A DNA stretch of 62,757 bases, counting the filler, from Choristocarpus tenellus KU-1152 (taxonomy: Eukaryota > Protista > Phaeophyceae), in assembly GCA_964200185.2 (NCBI GenBank). It is 11 parts of 11 records of this genome, joined end to end, with 100 filler letters (N's around TTAATTAATTAA, not from the genome) between each part and the next. Parts side by side here need not be neighbours in the genome. Positions count along the whole stretch, not along the records: positions 11,121 to 28,413 come from CAXNAD020000691.1; positions 28,514 to 35,327 come from CAXNAD020007288.1; positions 35,428 to 38,419 come from CAXNAD020023082.1; positions 38,520 to 43,844 come from CAXNAD020011153.1; 7 more parts are not named here. One strand, written 5' to 3'. A program made the position numbers and the translations under genes. The notes beneath the pieces were generated by a model. The model did no database searches. It was given only the letters and a program-made list of their open reading frames with translations, and was not told the origin of the DNA. Positions 26,501 through 39,356 of this stretch are shown here, piece by piece (positions within the stretch are counted from its first letter, which is position 1; every line of letters begins with the position of its first letter).

Positions 26501-28004
26501 CTGAGCAGCACGCTCTGAGAATGGGAGGTAGGGCCTCTAGCATCAACATGCGCCTGTTATTAAAATCTTGTCCAGCTATCCTTGCCCCAGATCCTTCCCG
26601 ATTTGCAGGGCCACTCTCTTGGGGTTGGTGGTCTATGGCAAGGGATAAACAAAGCCCAGCCAACACTCTGAGGTGTGCCAGTGGGATTAGTGGCTGGTCG
26701 ACGGAAAATCCGTCATTTCCACTACATGTAGAAAGGCATATGTGTACTTCAGAGAGGCAGTGTGTTGCAGAACGTCCTCGAAGGTGACCTATGCCTATGG
26801 CCTGTAGAATATAAAAACATGGGGGTGAAAGCTAAGGATTGTCAAGGAGGGATGTTTTTACATTTGTTCTTACATTGTACTGTCTAGATCTTGCACTTGA
26901 GAGTGTTTGTGAACCTTTCAGAGTGTTTAAGAGTGAGCAAAGTGTCAGTCCTGATGTTGAGACAGAGCTGCAACTGCTAGAAAAATGGTGCAGAGGTCTG
27001 TGGAAAATTAGTTTAGCATCAAACAGCTGAGGATAATGTCCCTGTAGCAAGAGACCTGATTACACGCGGCAGGTGGAACATGACGAACAATCAGCAAAGT
27101 ACCACAAACTATCAAGACCGGCTTGTGTCGGTGCACTACCACACTTGAAGCAGACATGTGAGTCTGATCGCCGTGGATGCCACAGGGTATCATGAGCAAT
27201 GCAAAGAGAAACGTGGCCAAGGATGCCCTAGAGCAAGGCAAGATGGAGATATGAGTGTCAGAAGGGAAGGCAGAGTAGTGATTGAGATGCCTTCGTATAG
27301 TGCCACCAGGAAAAAAAAATTGGAGTTGTGTGTTTATGAGAGCAGTTTGCTCATCAGCCCCCAAGAGTTGCCTTGTCACGACCTTGGCATCATGACACGC
27401 TGACTCACTTCAAGAACAATGTGCAACGCCCTGAACATGGTGGCTCTTCCCTCCACCAGAACCTTCAGGAAGTCCGCTGGGGCAACACGGACAACACTAG
27501 GCACTGGCCGAGGTTCATATCCGTGGACATCAGTCAGAGGTTCGCCCATGACCAGGTCCGCGAAGTAACTTATCAGTTGGTTTGCCTGTCCAAGGGTCAG
27601 GGAAAGTATTGGAAAGCTTTTGTGGAATTTGACTTCAACATGACACCACTTCTACCTGGGACTCCACAAAAATGCACACACAAAAGCGAGGCTCTGCATG
27701 GAAACTAAATACACGTATGCACCATAAACATTGTCGTAATATCGAATGAGGTGATCCAAAGGGAACCAAAGAAAAAACCGTGCTTGTCCTAATCACAGGA
27801 TGCGGGTATTGTTCAGCCCTCTTCAAGTTTCGTCCATATGCTTGTACTCAAGGATTTAGCGTGACAAGTTACAGACTCATTGAAAAAGGATATGTTCACC
27901 TCCTGTTCCTGAAGACCATCCATGAAAAGATGAACCCCTTCGGGATCGTCCCCATTTATGCCATCCACCAGACGGTCAACGGTTTCCACTATAGCAGCAT
28001 CCAT
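14534..28004 (-). CDS. FANCI: FANCI-like (Fanconi anemia group I) protein, multi-exon, apparently start to stop
   Basis: Exons 28004-27900 (ATG) and 27585-27409, large exons within ORFs 25893-26666, 24149-25501, 19673-20770, 16886-18523 and 15322-16488, and last exon 14986-14534. Colinear FANCI-like segments: LEALPPILRA, DVLLAQPWPPELVLPLLVTFGEL, LEIVSVVFEDVPGARPQVLRSLL, EDLICILQRALQG, RKK-ASTVLFKMDRLD. Small internal exons not fully resolved; the gene is well supported, the identity less so. Confidence 0.6.
21471..21490. repeat. Interstitial telomere-type (CCCTAA)n tract
   Basis: cctaaccctaaccctaaccc in a FANCI-like intron. Confidence 0.75.
23416..23515. repeat. 100-bp unit bounded by a perfect 18-bp inverted repeat (possible mini-MITE)
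   Basis: TGTGTCAAAAAGACATTA (23416-23433) and TAATGTCTTTTTGACACA (23498-23515). Confidence 0.7.
24019..24146. repeat. 47-bp perfect direct duplication
   Basis: AATCTAAAGTGAGACAAAATACAGAATAATAATAATAGGAATAGTAA at 24019-24065 and 24100-24146. Confidence 0.9.
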
Positions 28005-28589
28005 GATTGCAAACTTGACGGATTGGTCGTCGCAGATGGATCATCACCAGCACGGCATATCATCGACATTCATCCACCACCGGAAAACTAAGAGTTACTG
28101 CACCAGTCCCCATCCTTTTCTGCTTTGATCTTCGTTCTCCTCTCGTTTCTGTACCCTCTTTGTCAGTATTAGACCAATCCTTCGTTGTCCATCCCATCAT
28201 TTTGAAAAAATAAATTGCACCTCCGGAGGACCTGTGAGTAGACTTGATGGAGAAGGGTAATGTTTTGAGCAGGTGTCAGGAATAGGTTCCTTTTTTGGGA
28301 TCTCCGACAGAAACACTTGTGCACAAGACGCGCGGTCATATACAATTGCGCGCGTCGACCACGTCATTTGAGCTCACCCATACAGTAGGTACCCCGATTT
28401 TGTTCACCCATGGNNNNNNNNNNNNNNNNNNNNNNNNNNNNNNNNNNNNNNNNNNNNTTAATTAATTAANNNNNNNNNNNNNNNNNNNNNNNNNNNNNNN
28501 NNNNNNNNNNNNNGTGTGTATTGGTGGGGGGGGTGTGGTTTCGGGCTCGTGTTTTTGTTTGGTTTATTGGTGGTGTGTTTGTTGTGAAT

Positions 28590-28639
<50 letters not shown>

Positions 28640-28790
28640 GAAGGGAAGGAGTAATCCCCGTCCAATGCGCATCATACAACAAAAACCCAGTGAGCTCTCA
28701 ACGCTTACGTGGCATCAATTGAACAGGGCAGGTATCAAACAGCACCAATCTCTTGAATGCGACTCCCCCATTGACCCCCGCAGTACTCAC

Positions 28791-31708
28791 CCCCTTGTGG
28801 ACGTGTGGCGCACCCTCCTGGTACACCGAGTGCGGCCCGCCCGCCAGAATGATCCCCACCACGTGGTTCTTGCCCAGCGTCTGACCAATCCAGGCCGAAT
28901 CCAGCGTGTGTGTGTGCGTGTGTGTGTGTGTCAACAGTGCTCAATGAACGGGGCGGGTGCCTAATGTTGCCGAAAAAAAAGAAGAGGTGTATGCTAAAAA
29001 AAAAAGAAAAAGTATCATTATGTTTTGTGTACTACTACTAGACGATAACGGTGCTTATTTTCCACTCAGGCGTCGAAATATTTCAAGGTATTGTGGGTGG
29101 TGGTGGGTGGGGTGCGTCCAATACTGGGAGGGGAACGCTCCAAAACGCAACGTTTTGGAGTACTTTTCAGGCACCGCTGCACGCCGAATGAATGCCTCAA
29201 ACTAAAATGTATCGGCATTCGAATGCGGGTGGGCAGACTTGGACTTGTCCATATACTAAACTAAAACTAAACTAAACAAAAAAACTGTTAATTTTTTTTT
29301 TTTTCCAAAGAACTGTGTTGGCAGGATGATGCGCGTTCTATTCCATCTAGACTATATACTGCGGTGCTCACAATTCTGTTTCATCGGAAAACGAGGAACT
29401 TCATTTTGTTTATTTATCTTTTAAAAGAAAAAAGAAAAAAGCTATTTTTTTTGTTTCGCCACGTCCGTTTGTTGTTTGGTGCGTCTGGGCGGCAAGAGAG
29501 CGGATTTCCAACGCCATTCCATCATCCACTGCAGGGATAGTCTTTGCATCGAAAATAATCATACACACACATATATATGTATGTATGTATATATACACAC
29601 TACAAATGCAACTCTGTAACAGTCAGCCACTTCCCACCACGACGGCTCTTTATCATCGGTTTGAAAATTAAGTGGCCTTGTAAGAAGCAGAGCGTTGCTT
29701 AATACCAGCATAACCTTATTTCATCCCGTGCCCCCCTAGACCTAAGGCCTGCATTTGCGTGGATAGGGAGGGAACGCATACAACATAACAATGCCACTGC
29801 CATCCAAAAACACTGTGCATGTTGCGTCGTCCCTGCACACCTTAGGGCGTCTTCATCCTTCTCCGCCAGTAATGCTTCTACTTCTCCCTTGAGACTCGTT
29901 TTTCGTTTGTTTTTTCAGCTGCAACGGTCCTAACTCTCCCTCAAGAGCAGTTACGTTTTTCTTATTCTCCCACACTGACGGAGGGTTCTATCCCCCCCCT
30001 GTTGGACTTTCAAGTCTCAATAGCCTGCGAGAGAATTACCTTCACTGTCCGGGTGTGTGTGTGTGTGAACCATCGCAAGTAGTTGCATCCCTCCTCCCCC
30101 CCCTTCCCCCCCCGGGGCATGGGGGGGATGCAGGCGCAAATCGCTGCAGTAGTAAGAAAATATGTTTTTTTCTTTTCACAAGATCGGTGCACACATACAT
30201 GGCAAATAAATGCACGCACGTATATATGCTACATGTAAGCTCCAATAAAATACTCAGGAGCAGATAATTCATGAGTGAAGCAGGCTGATTCGGAAAAATA
30301 AAAAAAGCAGGCCTTTCCACACTCTTGTCGGAATTCGGAAAAATAAAACGTGCCAAATGATTGCTGATTTTTATTGATCACTTACGCGGGACCAATTCAA
30401 AAATCCGCAGCCCTAACCCTAGCCCTACAAGTCCTTGGAAAAACAAAAAAAAAGATTGTGTTGGAGGTGCTGTGCAAATTGCACGTGCCCAGAATAGCAG
30501 ACCAATCGGCAAAGATTCGAAAATTTAAACACCAAGGACCCCACAGGTGGATAGTGGGGAGGAACGGGTAGTATTATCATACTAGCGATTTCTACAAGTA
30601 CTCCACAAAAGACAAATGAGACCCAGTGATGACTGTCTACCGTGTGCAAGGTTTCATGCCGCTCTTGAGAGGCACTATGCAATGGTTTGATGGAGTGGAA
30701 CCAGGTGGGGAAGAGGACGTTGAGGGTTGGTTTCACGTGAACAACAAGGCATGACCACAGTGAACAACAGATAGTCATGATAAAAAAAATAACCAGTCTT
30801 CTTGGACTCTATTGATATACGCGAATTTAGGAGGGGCTGACAAGTGGGTAAGAATCTGGCACGGAATGCCTGGTGGTATGCAGGGGAGGGGACAAAGCCA
30901 AGGGCATTACTCCTCAGGACTTAAGACATATTGAGTAATAGGGTTGGGAGCACGTGTGGTTTGTCAATGCCTCTGTCTAGTACCTTAAAATCATCTAAAT
31001 GGAATTCCCAAACTTCCTGACCTCAAATTGAAAACAGTGGAGGTTTTTCCTGCTTTTTGGATGATACAGCTCATTTCCAAAGTTCCTGATCCTGGACAAA
31101 TCAGGTGGGAATTCTTTGAGGCTAAAAATAGGTTAAGCTACCTACCTGAAGAGGTGCATGAATTTCAGAGAGAACAAAACTGAGCCCATCCGTTCCACAA
31201 AATAGCCAGAGTAGCAATATGTACGCTGTGGAACTTGGGTCTACAACATTTTAAGACGATGAACAAGAAGGGCAAATCAAGCCTGCATGAGGCACTCACT
31301 ACCAACAAACATGCACGTTAATCAACAATGTTGGGTAGTCCAGTGCTAATCTCCTTGAAGACGTGCAAGGAGACCACAGGTGATACTTGCAGGTGAAAGC
31401 ACCACAAGGGTCAAATAAGGATACAGTAAAGTCGTAAATACCAAACACCAAACATTATAGAGCAACTATTTGATGGGCAATATTCGGGATTACTCAAATC
31501 AAGCTGTGGTGTTGATGCGGGGCTTAGAAGGCGAGGGTGAGCAAACAAGGTTGTAATTCCAGTGTGGTAGCTGCAAAAGAATATCAGTATTTTTTATCTG
31601 CACCTCGGGGTCGACTAGGCAGCTATACAGCTCGCAAAACACGTTGAGCTCCCGTACTCTCCGCGCAATGAGGTGGCTGTATTGTGAACCAAAGTCCAAG
31701 ATCGCGAT
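28791..31708 (-). CDS. guaA: GMP synthase (glutamine-hydrolysing), two exons of the GATase domain, partial
   Basis: Exon 31708-31604 [35 protein letters not shown] and exon 28880-28791 [30 protein letters not shown]; both AG/GT bounded, phase 0. Confidence 0.93.
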
Positions 31709-34470
31709 CTGTGCAGATATCACAAGGGACCGCAAAAGTCATCTAGGCTTTTCAGATTCGTTTGAGATAGGGGCTATAGGGGGAAATTCCTCGTGAAGTT
31801 AACAGAAGATTAATATATGATGAGGCATTTAAATGACGTGGGTTCGTGCGCTTAAGACGCTCAACAACTACATGTTAAGATAATCCTTCAAGGAGTCTGG
31901 ATTCAGATTTCATTGTCCAACATTGCATTTCATTCACGATATGGTCAGTTTAAATATCCCATTCATCAATAGGACATGGTGCAACATATCAAGGCCCTTT
32001 GGTGCATTGAGGTTGGAGTCGAGAGAAGAGTCTAGGTTACATTGCCTCGCCTGTCAGTACCAGCACGTAAACAATCCGACTGCTTGCTTTCCTCTCTCAT
32101 AGAAACAGTAGTATAGACTACCACGAAAAAATGTGACCAAGCAAAAGAGAGGATGAGAGAGTGGTCGTGGCTCTTCCAACTTTTTGCAGGGAAACATATC
32201 ATGCTTGGTCAGGACACGATTAGAGTTGAAAGGGATTTGGGACAAACCTGTTTACGGGAGGACGTCAGTTGTGCCGACATTATGACCTAGCGGTGAGCGT
32301 CAGGCAAAGATTGACGAAATCCTTCGTACACGGACCTCTGCCAGGGGTAGACTTTCCTCGAAGATCACACAAGACAAGTTGTGGCAAAGACGGGGTTGAG
32401 GGATATTGGTTGGGCTTTCTGATTTTCGCGCGTTTCGCGCACAGAGAGGAGGAGGAAAGTGAAAGTGAAGTTGGGTATAATAGTAGGTAAAGACACTGAG
32501 TGAGACGGGAGCGATCTGGTTGGTGTCGCAGGTGGGTGTATAGACAGATCATCGCCTGACCGTGTCCTTTCTCCTTATTAGGCTTCTACCAAGCTATCTG
32601 ATGGTATCTCGTCCATAGCTGATGGATCTGTGGCACGAGGAGGATTCAATCCACTGTGATCTGTTTTATTTAACCACACCTAACTCCGTGGTTCGAACCA
32701 AAACAGGGTGTTTCCAGGGCACCATCGGCTTGAGAGAGAGAGTGTGTGTGACGCAGGAAGAAAGGAATTCAGTTACTGTGGAATCTCGCCACTTTGTCAA
32801 AGTACTTTCAAAGCCTCTTTTAAGACACTGGGTTTACAAAAGAGCGTAAGGAGTCAAGTTGTACAATGACCCTGAACTTTGAGTTTGACGAGGAAGATGG
32901 CATGGAAAAGGACCTCAGGTGAGTACTTGTGGAAGATGAGGGGGTATTCTAAAGAGAATATTGTACCAGGCTTCAAGTACTGTAATTTTTATGACTAGAC
33001 AAGGGCGATAGAGCAATGTCGGCAAAGGAAGACAAGTAACACTTGGATGACTGTGCCGTACCTAGCCATTCGAAGGAACATCTCACCCCCATATGCTTAT
33101 CCATGCCTTTATAGCCAGTCGCATTTCCTTTGTTGCTGATGCAACTCTCAGCTCTCTCAAAAGGTCTGTATGGTGGATCAGATTTCCTGTAAGTGATCGA
33201 TTCATGTTGGAGACAGCCATTTGGTACAGTACTTGCACTAGGTCAGCCCTGATTTCCACTTATGTATGCCCCGAGCTGTAAGGTGCGTTATGGTTTCCTC
33301 CTAGATCTCAACTCCGATGTCGTACCTACGTCCCTCCCCCATTTCAGTCCTACCATACATATACTGGAGAAACCCTTGAACCCCCTACCCTCGAAGTGGT
33401 CCTTCAACTTGAACGTCAATGACGATTTTAGTCCTTCAAATCCTGCCCACATTACACCATTTCACGACCAATGCTGTCGCTACAATGGTCAAGACAAAAC
33501 TCGCCTGTAACCTAGATGTGTCCCAACATGATCCGGTATCCATTTGCTCGAGAAGAAGCAAAAAGTTACGTTTCCTCACTCTACTGAACTGCCATGGTCC
33601 AGATCCCTAACCCTGACACGGGCTCTAAACACTCCTTTCACTAACCCTGTCCCCATCCCCCCAACCTTTGCCTCCTGTGCTTATGCATCAAATAGTACGC
33701 ATCAGTCAGCAGTGGAGAAACCTCTTGTTCCACCTCTCCTCCCACCCCACTCCTTCAACACATGAAATTACAAAAAAGAAACTACCCCTCCCCCCCCTAT
33801 CTACGGCGCTACTATGGGCAGGGTACCCCTCTCGACTGACTTTCTACCTTACGCCGAAGAGGAAGGTAGCCTTGATGCTGAGGCGTATCCGTCAGTCAAT
33901 GGACTCAAGAGGCGCTGGTCGTGTTGCAAGGACGTGCTCGTGTGGCTGTCCCAGCTTCAAGACCCTTTCTTTTTGGCCCTCTTTCTTGTCCACAGTGCTG
34001 TAATATTCTGGCTTGCTGCGGCCAAGGTAAGCATCATGAATTCCCCCCAGCACTCCCAACCCCACACTGGTCACTTCCCCACTCCCCACTCTTCCCCTTG
34101 ACTATTACAAAGTGTTTGCCAACTACACATCATGTTACAAGATATATGTACATATATTTATATCCATGTATGGGTGTGTGGGGTGTCAAGTGAGATGCCC
34201 CCCCGCAACCCCCCACCCCCCACCCCTCACTCATGGATACGCTCCGGTACACGCACTCCAGTTGCACTAGTTTCAAGGAGAGGGCTGTTGATTCACTTTT
34301 TTAGGTGAATAAGTACTCCCCCCTGTCTCTCGCAAGGTATACCCTTTATTGAACCAACACGGCACTGTCTTTTTTACTGTTATTTTCAAGTGTGACGAAC
34401 ACGACCATACCCCACTCCCAGGACCTACCGCAGGAAACAGAACGCACCTATTCGTGATTGAACTTCTACA

Positions 34471-34473
<3 letters not shown>

Positions 34474-34505
<32 letters not shown>

Positions 34506-34528
34506 GAGAGAGAGAGAGAGAGAGAGAG
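34474..34528. repeat. Compound (CA)n(GA)n microsatellite
   Basis: Read directly; similar tracts at about 44311-44360, 47367-47423 and 55916-55963. Confidence 0.9.
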
Positions 34529-34816
34529 CCAGTCCAAGAATCGCTTTTGAGCTGCTGTATAATACATGGAGTGTATGCCAATTAATAATAATAGTAATAA
34601 TATTGTAGTGATACTCACAGCTACTATTATTAGTAAAATTAGTATCATTACAACTTGTCTTCAAGGGGTTCCAGACCCATGGTCGAAAGGCAGTCAATAG
34701 GCAATACGGACTGCTTGTGAGATGCATCTCGTACTTAAAATAAAATACAAATCAGCGGTAAGAAGTAATGACCACTTGTAATAATAACAAGAATATTTAG
34801 TGGGAGATACTTTAGG

Positions 34817-35125
34817 TAATTGTACAGCAGCATTTTTTTCCTCTTTTTTCTTTTTTTCCCTACGTGTCTGAGACCCCTGGAACGAATATAATTGTATAGC
34901 AATATATTCATTTTTCCTCTCGCCTCGTTTCTTTTTTCTTTATTGCTATACGGGTCTGAGACCCCTGAAACGGATGTAGCTGTATATATCAATAGGTTTA
35001 TTTTCTACTTGTTTTCTTGTTTTCTTTCTTATTACGTGTCTGAGAACCCTTGAACGAATATAATTGTACAGCAATATTTACTCCCTCTTGTTTCTTTTCT
35101 GTTCTTCCACAGGTCTGAGACCCCC
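34817..35125. repeat. Degenerate tandem array, period ~75-88 bp
   Basis: Core TACGTGTCTGAGACCCC...TAATTGTACAGCAAT recurs near 34861, 34949, 35033 and 35108, separated by pyrimidine-rich tracts. Confidence 0.8.
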
Positions 35126-35803
35126 TCAAACTAGTCCGAAAATTGTACCAAATACTCGAAGCGTTGCCTAGGATAATGCCATGCATAGATGCAGTGGAAT
35201 ACATTCATCTTCCTGCAACAATTTGTCCTCCTCCTCCTCCTCCACCGCCTCCCCCTCCCCCCCCCTCCCCTCTACTCTTAACTGTGCTCCTGTAGTATCA
35301 CTTCTGTTTCATAGGGTTATTACCAAGNNNNNNNNNNNNNNNNNNNNNNNNNNNNNNNNNNNNNNNNNNNNTTAATTAATTAANNNNNNNNNNNNNNNNN
35401 NNNNNNNNNNNNNNNNNNNNNNNNNNNAAGGAAAGAAGAAGGGGGGGGGGGGGGGGGGAGGGGGGGGGGGGGGGAGGTAGTGAAGGTTGGGAACGTAACA
35501 AATGGTTCTATATTGGTCTCGATTTTTTTTACTGTCATCAACTGCACCTTGTTGGACCCCACATAAAGCAGGCACCTCAGGACCCCTTCCCCCCCTAACC
35601 CCGTCAATTCCCTAACCTTCCAACGCCAACCTTTCCTATGCCCCTTGACAACAGGGGCAAGGTCAAAATCCTCTTATCACACCACCTTACCTAAATCATT
35701 ATCATTATCATTATTATCTGTGATGATTTGCCCCCTGGCATCCTTAGTAATGTCCTTGCTCCTCTGTCCTCCTCTCTCATGGGACCTCTGCCGACTGCGG
35801 TAG

Positions 35804-36035
35804 GTGTTTGTTGAAGGCCTTCTTGGTTCCTTTTCCCCATTTGGTTCACTCTGCCTGGTGCGATCCGAGGTGCTGTGGCGACCTAAGCGAAGGGGGTCAC
35901 TGAGCCCGGCCCTGCTGGTGCCTGAGGGAGACCTACCAGCAGAGGCACGCCTGACAGTTGTAGAGGCCCTGCTGCATGGGTGGGTGCAGACTGGGGTGAG
36001 GCTGGACGGAGGCAGAGACCGTTGGATCATACATG
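35804..36035 (+). CDS. TAF2: TAF2 (TFIID subunit 2) aminopeptidase-like domain exon
   Basis: AG/GT-bounded exon VFVEGLLGSFSPFGSLCL...ARLTVVEALLHGWVQTGVRLDGGRDRWIIHG resembles the TAF2 segment VFVD...YASxSI...TRxxLAxALAxQ(W/F)FG...WxDxWxxxG. Confidence 0.6.
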
Positions 36036-36234
36036 GTGAGAGAGGTTTTTCTCGCCTTGGGGTGGCGTGTTTTTTTTGTTCTTGTGTGTGCACTCTTTCA
36101 CTCTTTTTAGGATAATATTATTATGTGATGTGATACTATTGTGATGTGATGTGATACTTCGAGAAGAGGTAGGTGGGTATAATAAGCGGTCCAGTTGTCG
36201 TTTGATTGGTGGAGTTTTTGTTTGCTCAATGGGA

Positions 36235-36288
36235 GTTAGGGTTAGGGTTAGGGTTAGGATTATAAGTGACAAGTGTTAGGGTTAGGGT
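36235..36288. repeat. Interstitial telomere-type (TTAGGG)n tracts
   Basis: About four units at 36235-36258 and two at 36275-36288. Confidence 0.8.
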
Positions 36289-36973
36289 CCTTTTTGCACT
36301 ATGGCATTAAAAAAAATCAAAATTCTCTACTCTGTATGATGGTATTTTTTTTTTAATTCTAAGTGGATAAGTTTAAATTGTTTTTGTAAGGACAAAGTAC
36401 TCTCTGTTGGTGGGGGTCGTTGCATTTGCTGCCTTGATTTATTACAAAAAAAAAATCCTCACCATGGCCACATCTACAAGAAGTCGGTGGAGCACCAAGT
36501 AGTATCTTGGAGTTTGTAATTATTGCCAGGGATTCAAGACATGAACCAAGATCACGCAGGTTCTGGTGATGGAAAACCTAGATCACCGGCGGTTGTGTAT
36601 TTGGAGGTTAACTGGGTTGGTATGGTGATATGAGTTATACCATGCTTGTGGAGTGAGATCAATCCATCCAGCAAAGTGAACAAAAAAGAGCCAGTTTTGT
36701 CTTTTTGTTTTTTATTTTCAGTGCAACAATTTTTTTATTTTAGGGACAAGTCAGAGATTCCCTACTAACATTGTATTTTGAGGGATCAGCGAATCCGTAC
36801 GGCGATATAAGGTATACTGCCCACATAGAATGTACACCTACCTACCTCTCTGAAGGTACATTTTCAAAATTTGATCGCGTCACAGGTTACTCTTTACTCT
36901 TTACTCTTTACTGTTGCACTAGTTGTTTTGTGTCGATGTCTATGTCAACTGTTAGGGTCGCTTCAATTTTTTA

Positions 36974-37005
<32 letters not shown>

Positions 37006-38915
37006 TCCCCAATTTCATTGTGTATTGTGATGGTGTTGCCGTTTTGTTTTGTCAGGCGTGTACACATAGGAAACCTAGTTGGGTTGCATTGTCTTGGTCA
37101 GGCGTTTGCCACAGCAGTGTGACTCCTTGGTCAGGGAGGTGCAAGAACGATCTCACTGGTTTGGTGTACCATGTTTTTGATAGTATGGTGGTTGATAACA
37201 TGAGAGCGCTTTGAGGCAGCAGGAGTGTGTGTCATATGTGTGTCATGTGTGTGTCATATGCTTTGGATGACGCTGTTCTTGTTCTTTTGAGTATCTACCA
37301 CACCCAACTGGGTATATTATCATTATTATTTTATGATGATGATTATTATTATTATTGTAGTTGTAGTTGTTGATGGTGATTGGTGAGCTTGTGATGGTGC
37401 AATAAATATCTGTGTTGATCTTCACAGACCTCTTTGGAGGGCTGGAGTTTCGAGTTGTATAGGGTTAGGTAATTTTTTTTTTATTTTGACGAAGAGAAAA
37501 AAACTATTTTTTTATATTTATATATGTATATATAAATATTAATTGCTCTCTCTTTTTGTACGATATTGTTGAAGGGAGGTTGAAGTGTTTTTTGAACAGA
37601 TGTTCGAAAATAATAATAGAGTAGAGTATGCCTGTTTTAAATGTGAATTGTGAAAAGGGGGGGTCTTGCATTGCTTTTTGTTTAATGCCATAGGTACACT
37701 GTTCCTGTTGTGAATTGGAAGGCGAGTTTTGTTGGAAAATTCTATATTGTGTACACTCTATATTATATATAAAAAAGTAAGTGTAGTACCAAAAGCTCTT
37801 GCATTTTTTTTTTTAAACCTAATCGCATCTGTTTATGCTACTACCATCTGTTTATGCATACTACCACCATCAGCGGTATTTTTTTTTTTTTCTAGTCCCC
37901 CTGACGCCATGAATAGTTTAGTTGGTAAGAGTTGAGATCAGCTGCATCCAATCAATTACAATAAAACTAAGTGCAAAATCTTTCTGAACAGTCGGGTTTT
38001 TTCCACACACGATCATCATCCGCACACATGGACGTATGTGTATGTGTGAAATGTTAACCAATACAATAGCCTCAACGATTTTTTGGCCTCTGTCAGGGGC
38101 CCCCGTCACCGCTGACAAAACCTATTCTTTTTATTATTATTATTATTATTATTGCTGTTGGTGTTGTTGATATTGTTATTTGTAGTAGTATTTTTGTTTT
38201 ATTATCTTTTTGGTTCTGGTTGCGTGCCGTGTGCGGGATGACCAAGACGATTCATCACAATTGACCGGCTCTATTTTTGAGAGTTGAGGTGATCGTAACT
38301 GTAAGTTGTAAAAAAAAAAGTCTTAGGCTCACCGCTCTAATGGTCAGGGGAGGGGGGGGGGGGGGGGGGTTCAATTTTTTTGTTGTTTGTTTTTGTTTTT
38401 AAAAATTTTTGGTTTTTTTNNNNNNNNNNNNNNNNNNNNNNNNNNNNNNNNNNNNNNNNNNNNTTAATTAATTAANNNNNNNNNNNNNNNNNNNNNNNNN
38501 NNNNNNNNNNNNNNNNNNNTGTTTGGGCAAGGGAAAAGACCAGGAAACTCCCAAGAAGAGGGGCTAAGTATGCCAATATGGTGTCGAAAGCTTCGCCTCC
38601 GTCATCCAACCAAGAGAATCTTGCTAACAGGATGGAAAGGTTAGAAGGGTTAATCGGCTCTTATTTTGGTGAATCTGATCGTTATTCCTTTTGACTGTCT
38701 TCTTTTGTGTTTGTCTTTCTAAATGTTTTAATTTGATTTTGTCCTCCATCTCTTGTGTATTTTAGTGCATACCCACAGTAATTGACAGCTGTGATGTTGT
38801 ATGCAGACTGACTTTAGTCTGGGAGAGGCTTTCCTCGTGTTTGTGTGTATGGTATTTCAGTGATAAGTCAATTATTTAGTACTACCTTTTCCAAAGATTC
38901 ACTTTAGGCGTGACA

Positions 38916-39356
38916 CTAGGGATATTTCCAGAATCGTGGGAGACGCTTGATGTATTGCCAAGGACCCACAGTAGAAAACACGCCAGGATGTGTTCGTAGA
39001 GGGTGTGATAGGATAGGTAGGAAGTGACAGTTCCACCATATTACTTTGTTCGGAAGATTTGTAGTGGTGATGTACTAGGGAAGTTTCGTTGATTGTAGGA
39101 GAAGATGGATGTATTGCTGAGGACCCTGCCATTTTATGGATTATGGGAGACGCAATGGGACATCGCTAAGGACTTGCAGGAGAAAGTACCCCATAATGTT
39201 TCCACTGGAGACTACAATAGGGAAGTAGATATGAGGTAGGATCTGTGTTCTGATGATCTGCAGTAGTGATGTACTAGGGAGGTTTCGTTGATTGTAGGAG
39301 ACGCTGGATGTATTTTGCTAAGGAACCTTCCATTTTGTGGATTGTGGGAGACGCAG
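38916..39356. repeat. Degenerate nested tandem repeats upstream of transposase exons
   Basis: ACTAGGGA..TTTC...GGAGACGC..GATGTATTGC.AAGGAC block near 38916, 39074 and 39273, with internal sub-repeats. Confidence 0.75.

Noticed and set aside
17252-26787. Many plus-strand ORFs opposite the FANCI-like exons
   Set aside because: Antisense shadows of long exons, with no independent motifs.
28589-28638. Very long poly-G (and similar G/C runs beside gaps) giving poly-Pro/poly-Gly ORFs
   Set aside because: Clustered at contig ends; likely sequencing or assembly artefacts, or unresolved homopolymers.
34817-35125. CRISPR-like appearance of the repeat-spacer array
   Set aside because: Eukaryotic context, degenerate repeats, low-complexity spacers of unequal length, no cas genes.
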